From Desulfotalea psychrophila LSv54 (GTDB lineage Bacteria; Desulfobacterota; Desulfobulbia; Desulfobulbales; Desulfocapsaceae): a stretch of 32,000 bases of DNA. The notes beneath the pieces were generated by a model. The model worked only from the letters and a program-made list of their open reading frames with translations. It was not told the DNA's origin and did not search any database. Shown here piece by piece: positions 1 to 8,820 of this stretch. Within the stretch, counting starts at the first letter, position 1; every line of letters starts with the position of its first letter. The translations under genes were made by a program, and so were the position numbers. Where the stretch lies: the NCBI RefSeq assembly GCF_000025945.1, contig NC_006138.1, positions 2,580,001 through 2,612,000 of the forward strand, written 5' to 3'.

Positions 1-703
1 CAAAGGTAGGTACACCTGGAAAGTCGTCCATTTTATTGTTCATGGCAAGGGCTCTGGCACGACCGGATTTAACGTGAGGACCAAAGGCAGGCGGAAAAGC
101 TACGGCAGAATCAATATGCCCACCAATTACAGATACCATGGAGGCAGCGCCACTGTTCGCGTGTACATAGGTAACCTTATAATCGAGCTGGCCGGCAATC
201 ATGTTAGCAAGGATGGTCGCGGAAGAGGCTGCACCCCAAGAGCCTTGAGTTACCTTTCCTGCCTGAGCGCCAGCAACGAACTCCGGCAGAGTTTTATAAG
301 GACTGTCTGCAGGGACAACGATTGCCAGAGGGACAGAGGTCATTTTGATAATAGGAGTAAAGCTATCAAAATCGTAGGGGGTCTTGCTAAAGTTCGGAGT
401 AACAAGCACGTTACTGAGACCAACATTAAGCAGGGTATAACCATCATTTTTAGAGTTTGCCACAAAGGCGCTACCCATAATGCCACCACCACCGGCCTTA
501 TTAATAACTACAACTGGAGTACCAAGTTCTTTTTCTATTGCGTTAGCCCATACACGGGTAGAGAGATCAGAATCGCCGCCGGCACTCCAGGGAACGATGA
601 CCTTAATAGGTTTTGTTGGATATTCAGCAAAAGCTGATGCAGCTGTTAAAGAGATGGTCAGAGTTGTGGCAATTGCTACAAGTGATTTTCCAAAGCGTTT
701 CAT
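1..703 (-). CDS. tctC: Tripartite tricarboxylate transporter substrate-binding protein (TctC/Bug family). The 3' end runs off the window.
   Basis: Absent from the ORF track because no stop lies in the window. The reverse complement from ATG 703-701 reads MKRFGKSLVAIATTLTISLTAASAFAEYPTKPIKVIVPWSAGGDSDLSTRVWAN. That is a signal peptide followed by the YP.KPI..IVP motif typical of TctC/Bug binding proteins. It follows tctB-tctA on the same strand. The + ORF 74..637 is its antisense shadow. Confidence 0.8.
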   Translation of the reverse strand, partial: MKRFGKSLVAIATTLTISLTAASAFAEYPTKPIKVIVPWSAGGDSDLSTRVWANAIEKELGTPVVVINKAGGGGIMGSAFVANSKNDGYTLLNVGLSNVLVTPNFSKTPYDFDSFTPIIKMTSVPLAIVVPADSPYKTLPEFVAGAQAGKVTQGSWGAASSATILANMIAGQLDYKVTYVHANSGAASMVSVIGGHIDSAVAFPPAFGPHVKSGRARALAMNNKMDDFPGVPTF

Positions 704-826
704 AAAAACTCCTCAATAAATATTTTAACACAGGGCAGAGACCTCTCTACCAAAAATATGTCAACAACATGGCAAGACTGGTTCTCTGCTGATCTGACCA
801 GTTGTTGACATAGGAAAACGCAACAT

Positions 827-2371
827 TTAGGCGGGTACCTCGACACCCTCATCTACTTCTATCGCCTTTTTAAGGGCTGCTCTGGCGGCTTCTTTCTTAC
901 GTTGACGCAGGGTGCTATATACGGAGAAAGCTGCCAATGCGGTGAATATCCACGAAAATGGTGAGGCAAAGAACAGGTGGTACTCTGTGCCGACAATGGC
1001 CACAGCCTGATCAAGGTTTTGCTCTAAAAACGGGGTAAGGATAACGCCGATGATAAAGGCCGCAGGATTCAGTCCTGTCAGGCGCATCCCATATCCAAAC
1101 AGGGTAAAGAGGATGAGAACAAACACATCGTTAATATCCTGATTTACAGTAAAAGAACCTGCAAAGGCGAAAATGGTAACGCATGGGAAGATGTAGCTAC
1201 GTGGAACAGAGGCTACTCTTGTCCAGAAACGAAATCCCGATTTAGCAATAACAAGCAGGAAGAGATCTGTTATAAGAAAACCTGCAAAGATCGAGTAAAT
1301 CACACTGGTGTGTTCGAAGAAAATGGTTGGCCCGGGAGTGATACCCTGAATGAGGAAGGCACCCATGAGCAGAGCAGCTACGTCATCACCGGGAATACCC
1401 AGGGTGAGCATGGGTATCATGGTGGCACCACATACTGCATTATTGGCAGATTCTGCGGCGGCAATACCACGGATAGAGCCCTTACCAAATTTCTCAGGAT
1501 TCTTGGCGCATCGTTTTGCCTCACCGTAGGCAAGAAAGGCTGCAGTACTTGAGCCAAGACCGGGCAGAGAGCCAATAAAGGTTCCAATTCCTGATGATTT
1601 AAGGATGGTGCCCAGGACAGATTTGTACTCCTTCCAGCTTATACGATTATCCGCCGGAATGGTTGACTTCATAAGTCTCATCTGGGCATCTGGGTCCTTA
1701 CGATTTCTAATGGCCTTAATAACCTCAGGCATAACGAGTACACCGATGAGCATGGGCATAAAGGTAAAGCCATTCAGCAACTCCGGAACACCAAAGGTAA
1801 AACGGGAGGCACCGGTGATGGGAGACATACCCACCATAGCCACAAACATACCCAGGCAACAGGAGAGGAGTCCACGAGCAACAGACTCTCCTGTAATAGA
1901 ACCAATAACAGTAAAGGCAAAGAGCAGGAGGAATACACGTTCAATGGGCCCTGCCTGCAAAGAGATCACTGAAATAGGCGCTGCCACAAAGATCAGAACA
2001 AGAGTACTGAGCATCTCTCCCGTAACTGATGCATAGAGGGACATATCGAGGGCCTTGCCGGCCTTTCCCATCTTGGTCAGGGCGTTGCCGTCCTGTGCGG
2101 TCAGAAAGGAGGCCGCTGCCCCGGGAGTATTGATCAGAATGGCAGAAATAGAGCCACCATAAATTCCTGCCTTATATACGGCAAGGAGCATGGGGATACC
2201 AATAATGGGGTCTACGTAAAAGGTCAGTGGTAAAATTATGGCAATAGCCATAATGGCTGATATACCTGGGATGGCACCAAAAATAATCCCCACCACAACC
2301 CCGACTGTAATACCAATAAGGGGGCCCACAGCAAATATGGAGGAAAATCCGTTTAAAATGTTTTCTAGCAT
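827..2371 (-). CDS. tctA: Tripartite tricarboxylate transporter large permease TctA
   Basis: Long polytopic membrane ORF. From MLENILNGFSSIFAVGPLIGI onward it has the typical TctA N-terminus and length (about 500 aa). Start 2371 is preferred over the track start 2437 because GAGGA lies 5 nt upstream and the gap to the tctB stop is 16 nt. Confidence 0.85.
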   Translation of the reverse strand: MLENILNGFSSIFAVGPLIGITVGVVVGIIFGAIPGISAIMAIAIILPLTFYVDPIIGIPMLLAVYKAGIYGGSISAILINTPGAAASFLTAQDGNALTKMGKAGKALDMSLYASVTGEMLSTLVLIFVAAPISVISLQAGPIERVFLLLFAFTVIGSITGESVARGLLSCCLGMFVAMVGMSPITGASRFTFGVPELLNGFTFMPMLIGVLVMPEVIKAIRNRKDPDAQMRLMKSTIPADNRISWKEYKSVLGTILKSSGIGTFIGSLPGLGSSTAAFLAYGEAKRCAKNPEKFGKGSIRGIAAAESANNAVCGATMIPMLTLGIPGDDVAALLMGAFLIQGITPGPTIFFEHTSVIYSIFAGFLITDLFLLVIAKSGFRFWTRVASVPRSYIFPCVTIFAFAGSFTVNQDINDVFVLILFTLFGYGMRLTGLNPAAFIIGVILTPFLEQNLDQAVAIVGTEYHLFFASPFSWIFTALAAFSVYSTLRQRKKEAARAALKKAIEVDEGVEVPA

Positions 2372-2387
2372 AGTATCCTCGCTCTTG

Positions 2388-2855
2388 TTACAGGGACCAA
2401 GTCGGTAATAGCACTCGTAAATAGTTATAGCAGCCATAATAAATCAGGATTGGCGTTACTATAGATAGGGGGAGCATGACAAGCCAGTTTCGACTTCCCA
2501 GAAGCAGGGCAACGGCTATCATGATAAATGGTGTAGCCACTATAAATCCAACAATGGGCACCATGTACCAGTATATGAGGAAGTATGCTATATAGACGAC
2601 AATCCCCATAAAACCATTAGTATCAATGAATTCCTGCTCTTCGAGGGGTAAGGCCTTACGCAGCTTATAGAGGGATTGAGCCCCTATGGTTCCTGAAAAT
2701 GCAATAATACAGACGGCTATTAGGCGAGGTAGAAACATAGATCCCAGAGCTGTTTCCATACCTCCTTCAACCAGATTGTCATTTGTAAGGACAATTATCG
2801 ACATGATTATCAGGACTGCATGGATAATCACATCAAGTTTTCTTCTGTTCATCAT
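2388..2855 (-). CDS. tctB: Tripartite tricarboxylate transporter small permease TctB
   Basis: A 155-aa, roughly 4-TM protein immediately upstream of tctA. Size and position are typical of TctB. Confidence 0.7.
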   Translation of the reverse strand: MMNRRKLDVIIHAVLIIMSIIVLTNDNLVEGGMETALGSMFLPRLIAVCIIAFSGTIGAQSLYKLRKALPLEEQEFIDTNGFMGIVVYIAYFLIYWYMVPIVGFIVATPFIMIAVALLLGSRNWLVMLPLSIVTPILIYYGCYNYLRVLLPTWSL

Positions 2856-3296
2856 TCCTCCGTGTCAATTGTCGCCCCATTCAAAGAAAAACCTAAGAAA
2901 TTTTGTGGCGAGTTTATGGCTATATCAATTTAGATAGATTTTCCTCTGCAGGCTATAAATAGCCATTAATAAGGAAATCTATGTCGTATATAGGAAGTTG
3001 AATGCACCTTCGTCGCGCCAGCAAAGGCTGAAAGCTCTGTGCACTTAAAAACCAATACACCTAAATTATTTTTCAGGGCGAATTTTCCTGCAGCTTTACA
3101 AGTTCTTCTCTTCTCACAACTATATTACTGTTATTTCGTTTATATCAAATAACTGCTTCCCAAAAATCAGGCTACCAGCCCATGGTCTTTGGAGCAAAAC
3201 CATGACGATGGGCAAATGGATAGAAATGAAGAGGGCTTAAGATAACCCTATCTTGTAGCAAGGCTATTTACTCCGTTGCTGCTTAACAGCAGAGAA

Positions 3297-3315
3297 AAGG
3301 GCAGGAACTGCCCTT
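3297..3315 (-). terminator. Probable intrinsic terminator after the dehydrogenase operon
   Basis: On the minus strand the hairpin AAGGGCAG-ttc-CTGCCCTT is followed by TTTCTCT. It sits 15 nt past the stop codon at 3330. Confidence 0.5.
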
Positions 3316-3329
3316 CTCCCGTGTAAATA

Positions 3330-4724
3330 TTACTGATTTCCCTCGGCTTCAAGAATCATAATATTTTCCAAAGAAACAGGTCTTACAGGGGTACGAATAT
3401 TAAGTGCCCCCACAGCAGGCACATCTCTACCCAGTTCCTTGGCAGCAATTTCTGCCAGGGCAGAACCGCACATGCGCCCCTGACATGGCCCCATACCACA
3501 ACGGGTACGTAACTTAATATCATTTACCTCTTGGCATCCCTCCTGAACGGCACGACGGATATCACCTGCGGAGACATTCTCACAGCGACAGACGGTAACA
3601 GAATCATCCATATCAAAGAGACCCTTTCTCGGGGCAAAGTAACTATCAACAAAATCCCGTGGGGCAACGGCTTTTTGCAGGCGTTTTTGGGTTTCGCCAA
3701 TAAGCTCTTTTGCCTTGCCTGCTCCTACTTTGCCAAGCTTTTGAGTGATATCTAAGGCTGCCATTTCCCCTTTGCAGGTGGAGCTGCCTATTCCATGTAC
3801 CTTGGTGCAATCACCCACCACATAGACCCTTTGATTGCTACTCTTGCCAAATTGATTAACAAGGGGATACCAGTAACGTTGGGTTTTGTCCCAGACATGC
3901 TCAAGCTGAAACATTCGACTTACATGGGTACGGGGAATAAGTCCCTCGTGAACAAGCAGGGTAGAGCAATCGATGCTGTGCTTGCCGCTAAAACTTGAAA
4001 ATTGGACCCGTTCAACCTTATTATCACCGTGGGCCGAAATATTACTGACACCACGAAAATATTTGGTCTTCCCTAATAGGGCTGCCGTCATCTTTACCCC
4101 CTTAAAAAGAAAGGGAATATCCTGCAGGGCCTTCGGCATATGGGCCATTGAGCGGACAAGATTAGTAAGAGGCATTGTTTCAAGAATACCTGCAAGAGGC
4201 ACCCCGAGTTCTAAGAGATGGCCTGCTACCAGAGGAACAAGGGGGCCGTTTCCGGCAATAACCACAGGAGCATCCGGAGTCATCCCGGCTGTCTTGTAGA
4301 GCAGATCGGCTGAGCCCGCAGTCATGACATTTGGCAGGGTCCAACCCTTAAAAGGAACAGGACGCTCCATGGCACCGGTGGCGATGACGATATACTGAGT
4401 GCGGATATCCATAGTCTTACCATCGACCGTTGCCAGGAGGCGCTCATAGCCACCATGCCAGACCACTGCATTGGCAATATAACGAATATTGCCCTCAAGC
4501 ATGCTGTTAACCAGAGCAGCGCCCTCTTCTCTGTCATGGGGAGACAAAAAGTTTTTATGGGCGTTATCACCTGTCACCCAACGATAGATCTGCCCCCCGG
4601 CAAGATTCTGATCATCGAGAAGGATAACATCAAGGCCTAATTTTGCAGCAGTGATGGCACAGCTAAGTCCGGCAGGGCCTGCCCCAACAATGGCAACGTC
4701 CCACTTTTGTTGCTTTTCTTGCAT
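3330..4724 (-). CDS. FAD/NAD(P)-binding oxidoreductase, alpha subunit of an HcnB/OoxA-type heteromeric dehydrogenase, with a C-terminal BFD-like [2Fe-2S] domain
   Basis: It has a GxGxxG fold at the N-terminus (VAIVGAGPAGLS) and a second dinucleotide fold (VVIAGNGPLVP). The C-terminal Cys cluster reads CRCENV...CGMGPCQGRMC. At 464 aa it matches HcnB-type subunits in size. Its start shares base 4724 with the stop of the upstream gene. Confidence 0.8.
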   Translation of the reverse strand: MQEKQQKWDVAIVGAGPAGLSCAITAAKLGLDVILLDDQNLAGGQIYRWVTGDNAHKNFLSPHDREEGAALVNSMLEGNIRYIANAVVWHGGYERLLATVDGKTMDIRTQYIVIATGAMERPVPFKGWTLPNVMTAGSADLLYKTAGMTPDAPVVIAGNGPLVPLVAGHLLELGVPLAGILETMPLTNLVRSMAHMPKALQDIPFLFKGVKMTAALLGKTKYFRGVSNISAHGDNKVERVQFSSFSGKHSIDCSTLLVHEGLIPRTHVSRMFQLEHVWDKTQRYWYPLVNQFGKSSNQRVYVVGDCTKVHGIGSSTCKGEMAALDITQKLGKVGAGKAKELIGETQKRLQKAVAPRDFVDSYFAPRKGLFDMDDSVTVCRCENVSAGDIRRAVQEGCQEVNDIKLRTRCGMGPCQGRMCGSALAEIAAKELGRDVPAVGALNIRTPVRPVSLENIMILEAEGNQ

Positions 4725-5008
4725 TAGAGTGTCTCCTGCATATGGGTTTGTCTCTCAACCTTCATACCATCTCTGGCAACGATCAAGCAGCTCTGCTGAT
4801 TGGGAACACCGTCTATGGTAACCATGCATTCAAAGCAGACGCCCATGAGACAGTTGGGTCCTCGACGTTCTCCGCTTACAGGGTTAATAGAGGTGTAGTT
4901 TCCCTCGTTGTGGGAATGAGAATGTTCCAGTACCGCTACGGCAACAGTGACACCTGCATCGACTGTGACAGGCTTTCCCTCAAAATAAATAGTTATTTTT
5001 TCTGACAT
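4724..5008 (-). CDS. Small (2Fe-2S)-binding subunit (HcnA / sarcosine-oxidase-alpha N-terminal type)
   Basis: A 94-aa protein with the Cys cluster GPNCLMGVCFECMVTIDG...SCL. It lies between the two flavoprotein subunit genes. Confidence 0.75.
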   Translation of the reverse strand: MSEKITIYFEGKPVTVDAGVTVAVAVLEHSHSHNEGNYTSINPVSGERRGPNCLMGVCFECMVTIDGVPNQQSCLIVARDGMKVERQTHMQETL

Positions 5009-5067
5009 AATCCGTTCTCGTTATATATGATGAACATCATGATGATGAGCTGAACTCTATTTTTTAT

Positions 5068-6201
5068 CTATGCATCAGCCGGGAAACGATCCAGACCAAA
5101 TCCCTGGGCATTCTTTGGTAACTTACCGCCAAGAATAAACTCAGGAAGATGCTTTGCCTGCACTGCTGCCAGGGTGACACCGCTATGGGCATTAAAAATA
5201 AAGGCATTTTTGTGATTTGGGATAGCGTCGTAAATAGGGAAGCCGTCCTTGGGCCAGACCCGCAGTCCGGTCCAACAGCGAATAACACGAAGTTTGGCAA
5301 TGGCTGGCCAGATAGTATGGGCCCAGTTAGCCACATGCTGCAGGCGCTCGGGAACAAGCTCGGTATTATTGCCCATATACTCATGCTCAAAACCCACCAT
5401 AACGGTACCGCCGTCGGTACGGGTGATGCCGAGCAGTGGTGTCGGCAGAAGGTTGGGAATACGCTCGGTGAGAAAGAGCTGCGACTTATTGGCATAAATC
5501 GGCACATTAATGCCAAATTGGTTGGCAAGTTGCTTAGATCCCAGTCCAGCCGTTATCACCAAACGCTCACACTCAATGGTACCCGTACTGGTGTGAACAG
5601 TATAACTATCACCATTTCGGGCGATATCCAGGGCAGCACAGTGGGGAAGGAAGGTGCCACCATTGCGTTTCATGGCCAATCGAAGAGCGAACATCAGCTG
5701 CAGTGGTTCTATATGGCCATCCTCTGGACACCAGGTTCCGCCCGTTACCTCTTTACCAAAGGTGACTCCCGGGTAATGGGCCTCAAGCTGAGATCGGGAG
5801 TACATTTCGCCGGGATAATCCTTAGTGGCCCCAAATTTTTTTGCCTCTTCATCCAAGGCCTTCAGGTAATTTGCCCGCCTGTCATAATCGGCTTCGCCCA
5901 CGGTGGGAATTATACCACCACACTGCTTGTACATAGTATCAATGCCAGTAAGCTCTTCTATTTCCGGTATCAGCTCAGGGAAAAGTTTAGAAGATTCAAA
6001 GTTCCACTCCGCATAGGGGCGATTACCCAGAGCTTTTGACTGGCACCAAATAAGGCCCATGTTTGCTCTGGATGATCTATCTATAGGATTGGGCGGGGCA
6101 TCGATTAAAACCACCTTCTTGTTTTTTTTGGTCAGCCCGTAGGCTATTGCTGCGCCTGTTACGCCAGCACCAATGACAAGTACATCTGCGCTATGATTCA
6201 T
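5068..6201 (-). CDS. FAD-dependent oxidoreductase, DAO family (HcnC/OoxB-type beta subunit)
   Basis: The N-terminal sequence DVLVIGAGVTGAAIAYGL is a Rossmann fold. At 377 aa it has the length of a DadA/DAO-like protein. It is the first gene of the three-gene set. Confidence 0.8.
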   Translation of the reverse strand: MNHSADVLVIGAGVTGAAIAYGLTKKNKKVVLIDAPPNPIDRSSRANMGLIWCQSKALGNRPYAEWNFESSKLFPELIPEIEELTGIDTMYKQCGGIIPTVGEADYDRRANYLKALDEEAKKFGATKDYPGEMYSRSQLEAHYPGVTFGKEVTGGTWCPEDGHIEPLQLMFALRLAMKRNGGTFLPHCAALDIARNGDSYTVHTSTGTIECERLVITAGLGSKQLANQFGINVPIYANKSQLFLTERIPNLLPTPLLGITRTDGGTVMVGFEHEYMGNNTELVPERLQHVANWAHTIWPAIAKLRVIRCWTGLRVWPKDGFPIYDAIPNHKNAFIFNAHSGVTLAAVQAKHLPEFILGGKLPKNAQGFGLDRFPADA

Positions 6202-6450
6202 AAGAGTATGTTTTTGTTCTATAAGAGTATAAAAGGCTTTTAATCTCTTTATGAAAAAAAATGCCGCTTATGGGGTTGTAATAGAATTACTTAATTTTCT
6301 TAAGCTCTCTCATGCACCGCCCAAGGACCAGAAACGCCTATGGGAATGAGGCAGATGAAAGATGAAAATAGAGGAGAGGTAACTTGAGACAAACTCAGGG
6401 GTCTCTCCAAATAAATCTTATAATAAAAATTTATGATTACAATATTCATA

Positions 6451-6466
6451 GCAACTTATATGCCAA
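6451..6466 (-). promoter_or_regulatory. Candidate sigma54 (-24/-12) promoter for the dehydrogenase operon
   Basis: The minus strand reads TGGCAT-ATAAG-TTGCT, so the GG-N10-GC spacing is exact against the TGGCAC-N5-TTGCW consensus. It lies about 250 nt upstream of ATG 6201. Confidence 0.45.
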
Positions 6467-6627
6467 AAATAAAATATGAGGAGAGTGGGGGTGGTACTAG
6501 TTTGTAGGGGAAAGGAGAGGCATCTCCCTGCTGTTACATTATATTACATATTAAGGCAATGAGAACAGGATGCCTTATGAATATTCTTTAAAATTAAATA
6601 TTTACATGGATGTGTAACAGAATATTT

Positions 6628-6652
6628 CAGCTGTAACGAGGCGTTACAGCTG
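6628..6652. other. Perfect 11-bp inverted repeat. It may be the terminator of the DUF1653 gene, an activator binding site, or both.
   Basis: CAGCTGTAACG-agg-CGTTACAGCTG sits 32 nt beyond the stop at 6684 and about 170 nt upstream of the sigma54-like element. Confidence 0.4.
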
Positions 6653-6683
6653 AATGGAATGGCAGGACTTGGGAAAAAATGAG

Positions 6684-6923
6684 TTATTCTTCTTCAGCAA
6701 TTTTTCTGAAACGGGGGACCAGTTTACCCTCTACCTCTACCTCTTCACTAAACATGGCAAGAGGCCTCACCCAGTAATCGAACTTGCCATAGAGGGTTTG
6801 ATAGACGACCATTGTCTCTTCACTTTCACTGTGAGTGGCAGTGCCTAAGACTTGATATTTTGGGCCCTTATAATGTTGATAGAGACCGGGTGCTATCTGG
6901 GAGCTACTTGATCTTAATTTCAT
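6684..6923 (-). CDS. DUF1653 domain protein
   Basis: YQHYKGPKYQVLGTATHSESEETMVVYQTLYG...WVRPLAMF matches the Y.HYKG..Y.V......SE.......Y......WVRP..MF signature I recall for DUF1653. Confidence 0.7.
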   Translation of the reverse strand: MKLRSSSSQIAPGLYQHYKGPKYQVLGTATHSESEETMVVYQTLYGKFDYWVRPLAMFSEEVEVEGKLVPRFRKIAEEE

Positions 6924-7059
6924 CTTCTCTCTCTAAACCAGGAAATAGCCCTTCAGCAACGCTATTGGTAAATATCTTACCCATAGCACATACAAAGTTT
7001 AGCGACTATTTATTGAAAAGTCTAATTTTCAAATCATTTTTATGCTCAAGATCTGTTTT

Positions 7060-8694
7060 TTAAACCTGACACCAATATATGCGTACATGTTCGGGACTTC
7101 CGGCAAGACGGGGGAAGTCCATGGGAGGGGACATTTGCCGGACAAGAGAAAAATGTTTTTCCAGTTCAGCCCGGTAATAGCTGGCATTGCCGCCACGATG
7201 ATTATTGGCAAAGAGGGCCACACCCCTAACAGAGAGTAACATACGTATCTGCCTGGCCAGTTCAGGCCACTGCTTTTCCACATGAAAGGCCTGTCCCTTG
7301 CCGGCTGAGGCAAAGACAGGAGGATCACAGATAATGAGATCCCAAGGGGTAAACTCCTCCGGATTTCTAGCATATTTGCGTTCCTGGCGCTGGAGCCATT
7401 TGCAGACATCTTCCTTAATAAACTTTCCCCGGCCACTCTCATCCAGGTGGTTAAGGGCAAAATTACCTTTTCCCCGGGCAAGGGTTGAGCCGGCAAGATC
7501 CACTGAAAAAACAACTTCAGCCCCGCCTGCCAAGGCGGCAGCAGAAAAAGAACAGGTAAAGGAAAAGAGATTTGCCACCCGTCTCCCCTCTGCGATCTGC
7601 CACACCCGCCTGCGTGAATCACGCTGATCGAGAAAGAGACCTACATGCTGAGACTCATTAATATTTACCTCAAAGTCAAGTAGGTGCTCGTGGGCGATAT
7701 TGCTGGACGAGATCGGCGCTCCCCACTGAATAACATCGTGGATCAGTTTCTTTTGGTGAGGGTTCTGGGCATGTCTGCGCAAAAGAGCACCCTGCCAGGC
7801 AAGCTTGTCCCGCAGATAATCCAGGGCAGGTTCAAGCAACGTTCGCAACTGCGTCGATGTCTTCTCTTCTGAAAATCCCGTGATAGAGAGGGTATTGTCA
7901 TAGAGATCAATACTTACCGGCAGATCAAGCTCGCCCCGTTGAATAAGACGATAGCTATTGGTTATAAGCTGGAGCCAACCCAAGCGACGTTCCCAAGCTA
8001 TGGCCGTATCTATTAATACCTTATCTCTCTGCTTAAGAACAAAGGAGAAAGAGTCCGGGGTGGAAGAGATAAATTCATGCCCGCTTTCGGCCAACCTAAT
8101 GGAGTGACAGTGGAGAAAGAGTCGGGCAAAAGGGCTATCGGCCCCATCGCCGACGATGGCTATGCCTGATTCTTCCGCAAATTCCTGAACACGCCTGCAA
8201 CAGCTTAGGGTTGCCGCCTCATAGAGAGAGTAATCCCTGCCCTCTTCAAGGAAACGAAAACGAACAGACTCCTCTGTTATGGAATTATCCCTTTCTACCA
8301 GCCAGCTGCCATCTTCCTCCGTCTGCCCGCGGTATCTCTTAGCTGAGATAAAGTGATATTTTTTCTCAGCAATTTTAACAGGTTGATCATTTTCTGCCTT
8401 CTCAATTTGATTCTTTCTGCGAAGAAGGAGAACACCACTGCAGCTCTTGGTAAGAGATGAGTAGAGGTCTATCTGATACTGCAGATGCAGAGCCAACCAC
8501 TCTGTGATGCCCACCTCTCCCTCTGTCATTGCCTGAGAAGAAAAACCTGTTGGTTTATCAACCACAAGTAGCTGGGCATCCTTATATATAATCGGTGAAC
8601 CTGTGGTCTTTTTCATGGTAAATTTTATGGGGTAAAAATTTTTTTCATTAAAAACTGCCTGCTTCCTCTCCTGCAAAGCAGATATATATAGCAT
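7060..8694 (-). CDS. Fusion protein: N-terminal RluA-like pseudouridine-synthase fold (catalytic Asp missing) plus C-terminal RlmI/RlmK-like class I SAM-dependent RNA methyltransferase
   Basis: The N-terminal part has IIYKDAQLLVVDKPTGFSS, then SSLTKSCSGVLLL in place of HRLDxxTSG, then IVGD...LFLHCHSI. The C-terminal part has GLFLDQRDSRRRV, NLFSFTCSFSAAALAGGA, VFSVDLA and DLIICDPPVFA. The start is uncertain: 8694 or 8616 (MKKTTGSP). Confidence 0.75.
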   Translation of the reverse strand: MLYISALQERKQAVFNEKNFYPIKFTMKKTTGSPIIYKDAQLLVVDKPTGFSSQAMTEGEVGITEWLALHLQYQIDLYSSLTKSCSGVLLLRRKNQIEKAENDQPVKIAEKKYHFISAKRYRGQTEEDGSWLVERDNSITEESVRFRFLEEGRDYSLYEAATLSCCRRVQEFAEESGIAIVGDGADSPFARLFLHCHSIRLAESGHEFISSTPDSFSFVLKQRDKVLIDTAIAWERRLGWLQLITNSYRLIQRGELDLPVSIDLYDNTLSITGFSEEKTSTQLRTLLEPALDYLRDKLAWQGALLRRHAQNPHQKKLIHDVIQWGAPISSSNIAHEHLLDFEVNINESQHVGLFLDQRDSRRRVWQIAEGRRVANLFSFTCSFSAAALAGGAEVVFSVDLAGSTLARGKGNFALNHLDESGRGKFIKEDVCKWLQRQERKYARNPEEFTPWDLIICDPPVFASAGKGQAFHVEKQWPELARQIRMLLSVRGVALFANNHRGGNASYYRAELEKHFSLVRQMSPPMDFPRLAGSPEHVRIYWCQV

Positions 8695-8820
8695 TTTAGG
8701 GGCAAGGGCTCAAAGAAAAAGATCCCTAAGAAGGAAAGAGAAGGCAGATGACAATAACCTCTCGCTGTTTTAGCAGAATATTTATAGTAAGGGGAGAGTC
8801 CACAGACCCTCGAGAGATCC

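Noticed and set aside
74-637. A 187-aa + strand ORF, plus the overlapping ORF 480..719
   Set aside because: They are antisense shadows of the tctC gene. The minus-strand frame gives a clean TctC/Bug sequence with a signal peptide, whereas these translations are low-complexity with no recognisable motifs.
5149-6039. A 296-aa + strand ORF, together with ORFs 5064..5528(-) and 5249..5497(+)
   Set aside because: All of them overlap the DAO-family oxidoreductase gene (5068..6201, minus), which has clear FAD motifs. These are alternative-frame or antisense artefacts.
7029-7622. A 197-aa minus-strand ORF, together with + ORFs 7298..7627 and 7042..7239
   Set aside because: They are out of frame with, or antisense to, the methyltransferase fusion gene. 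Their composition is Pro/Leu/Arg-rich, as expected for an off-frame read of a coding region.
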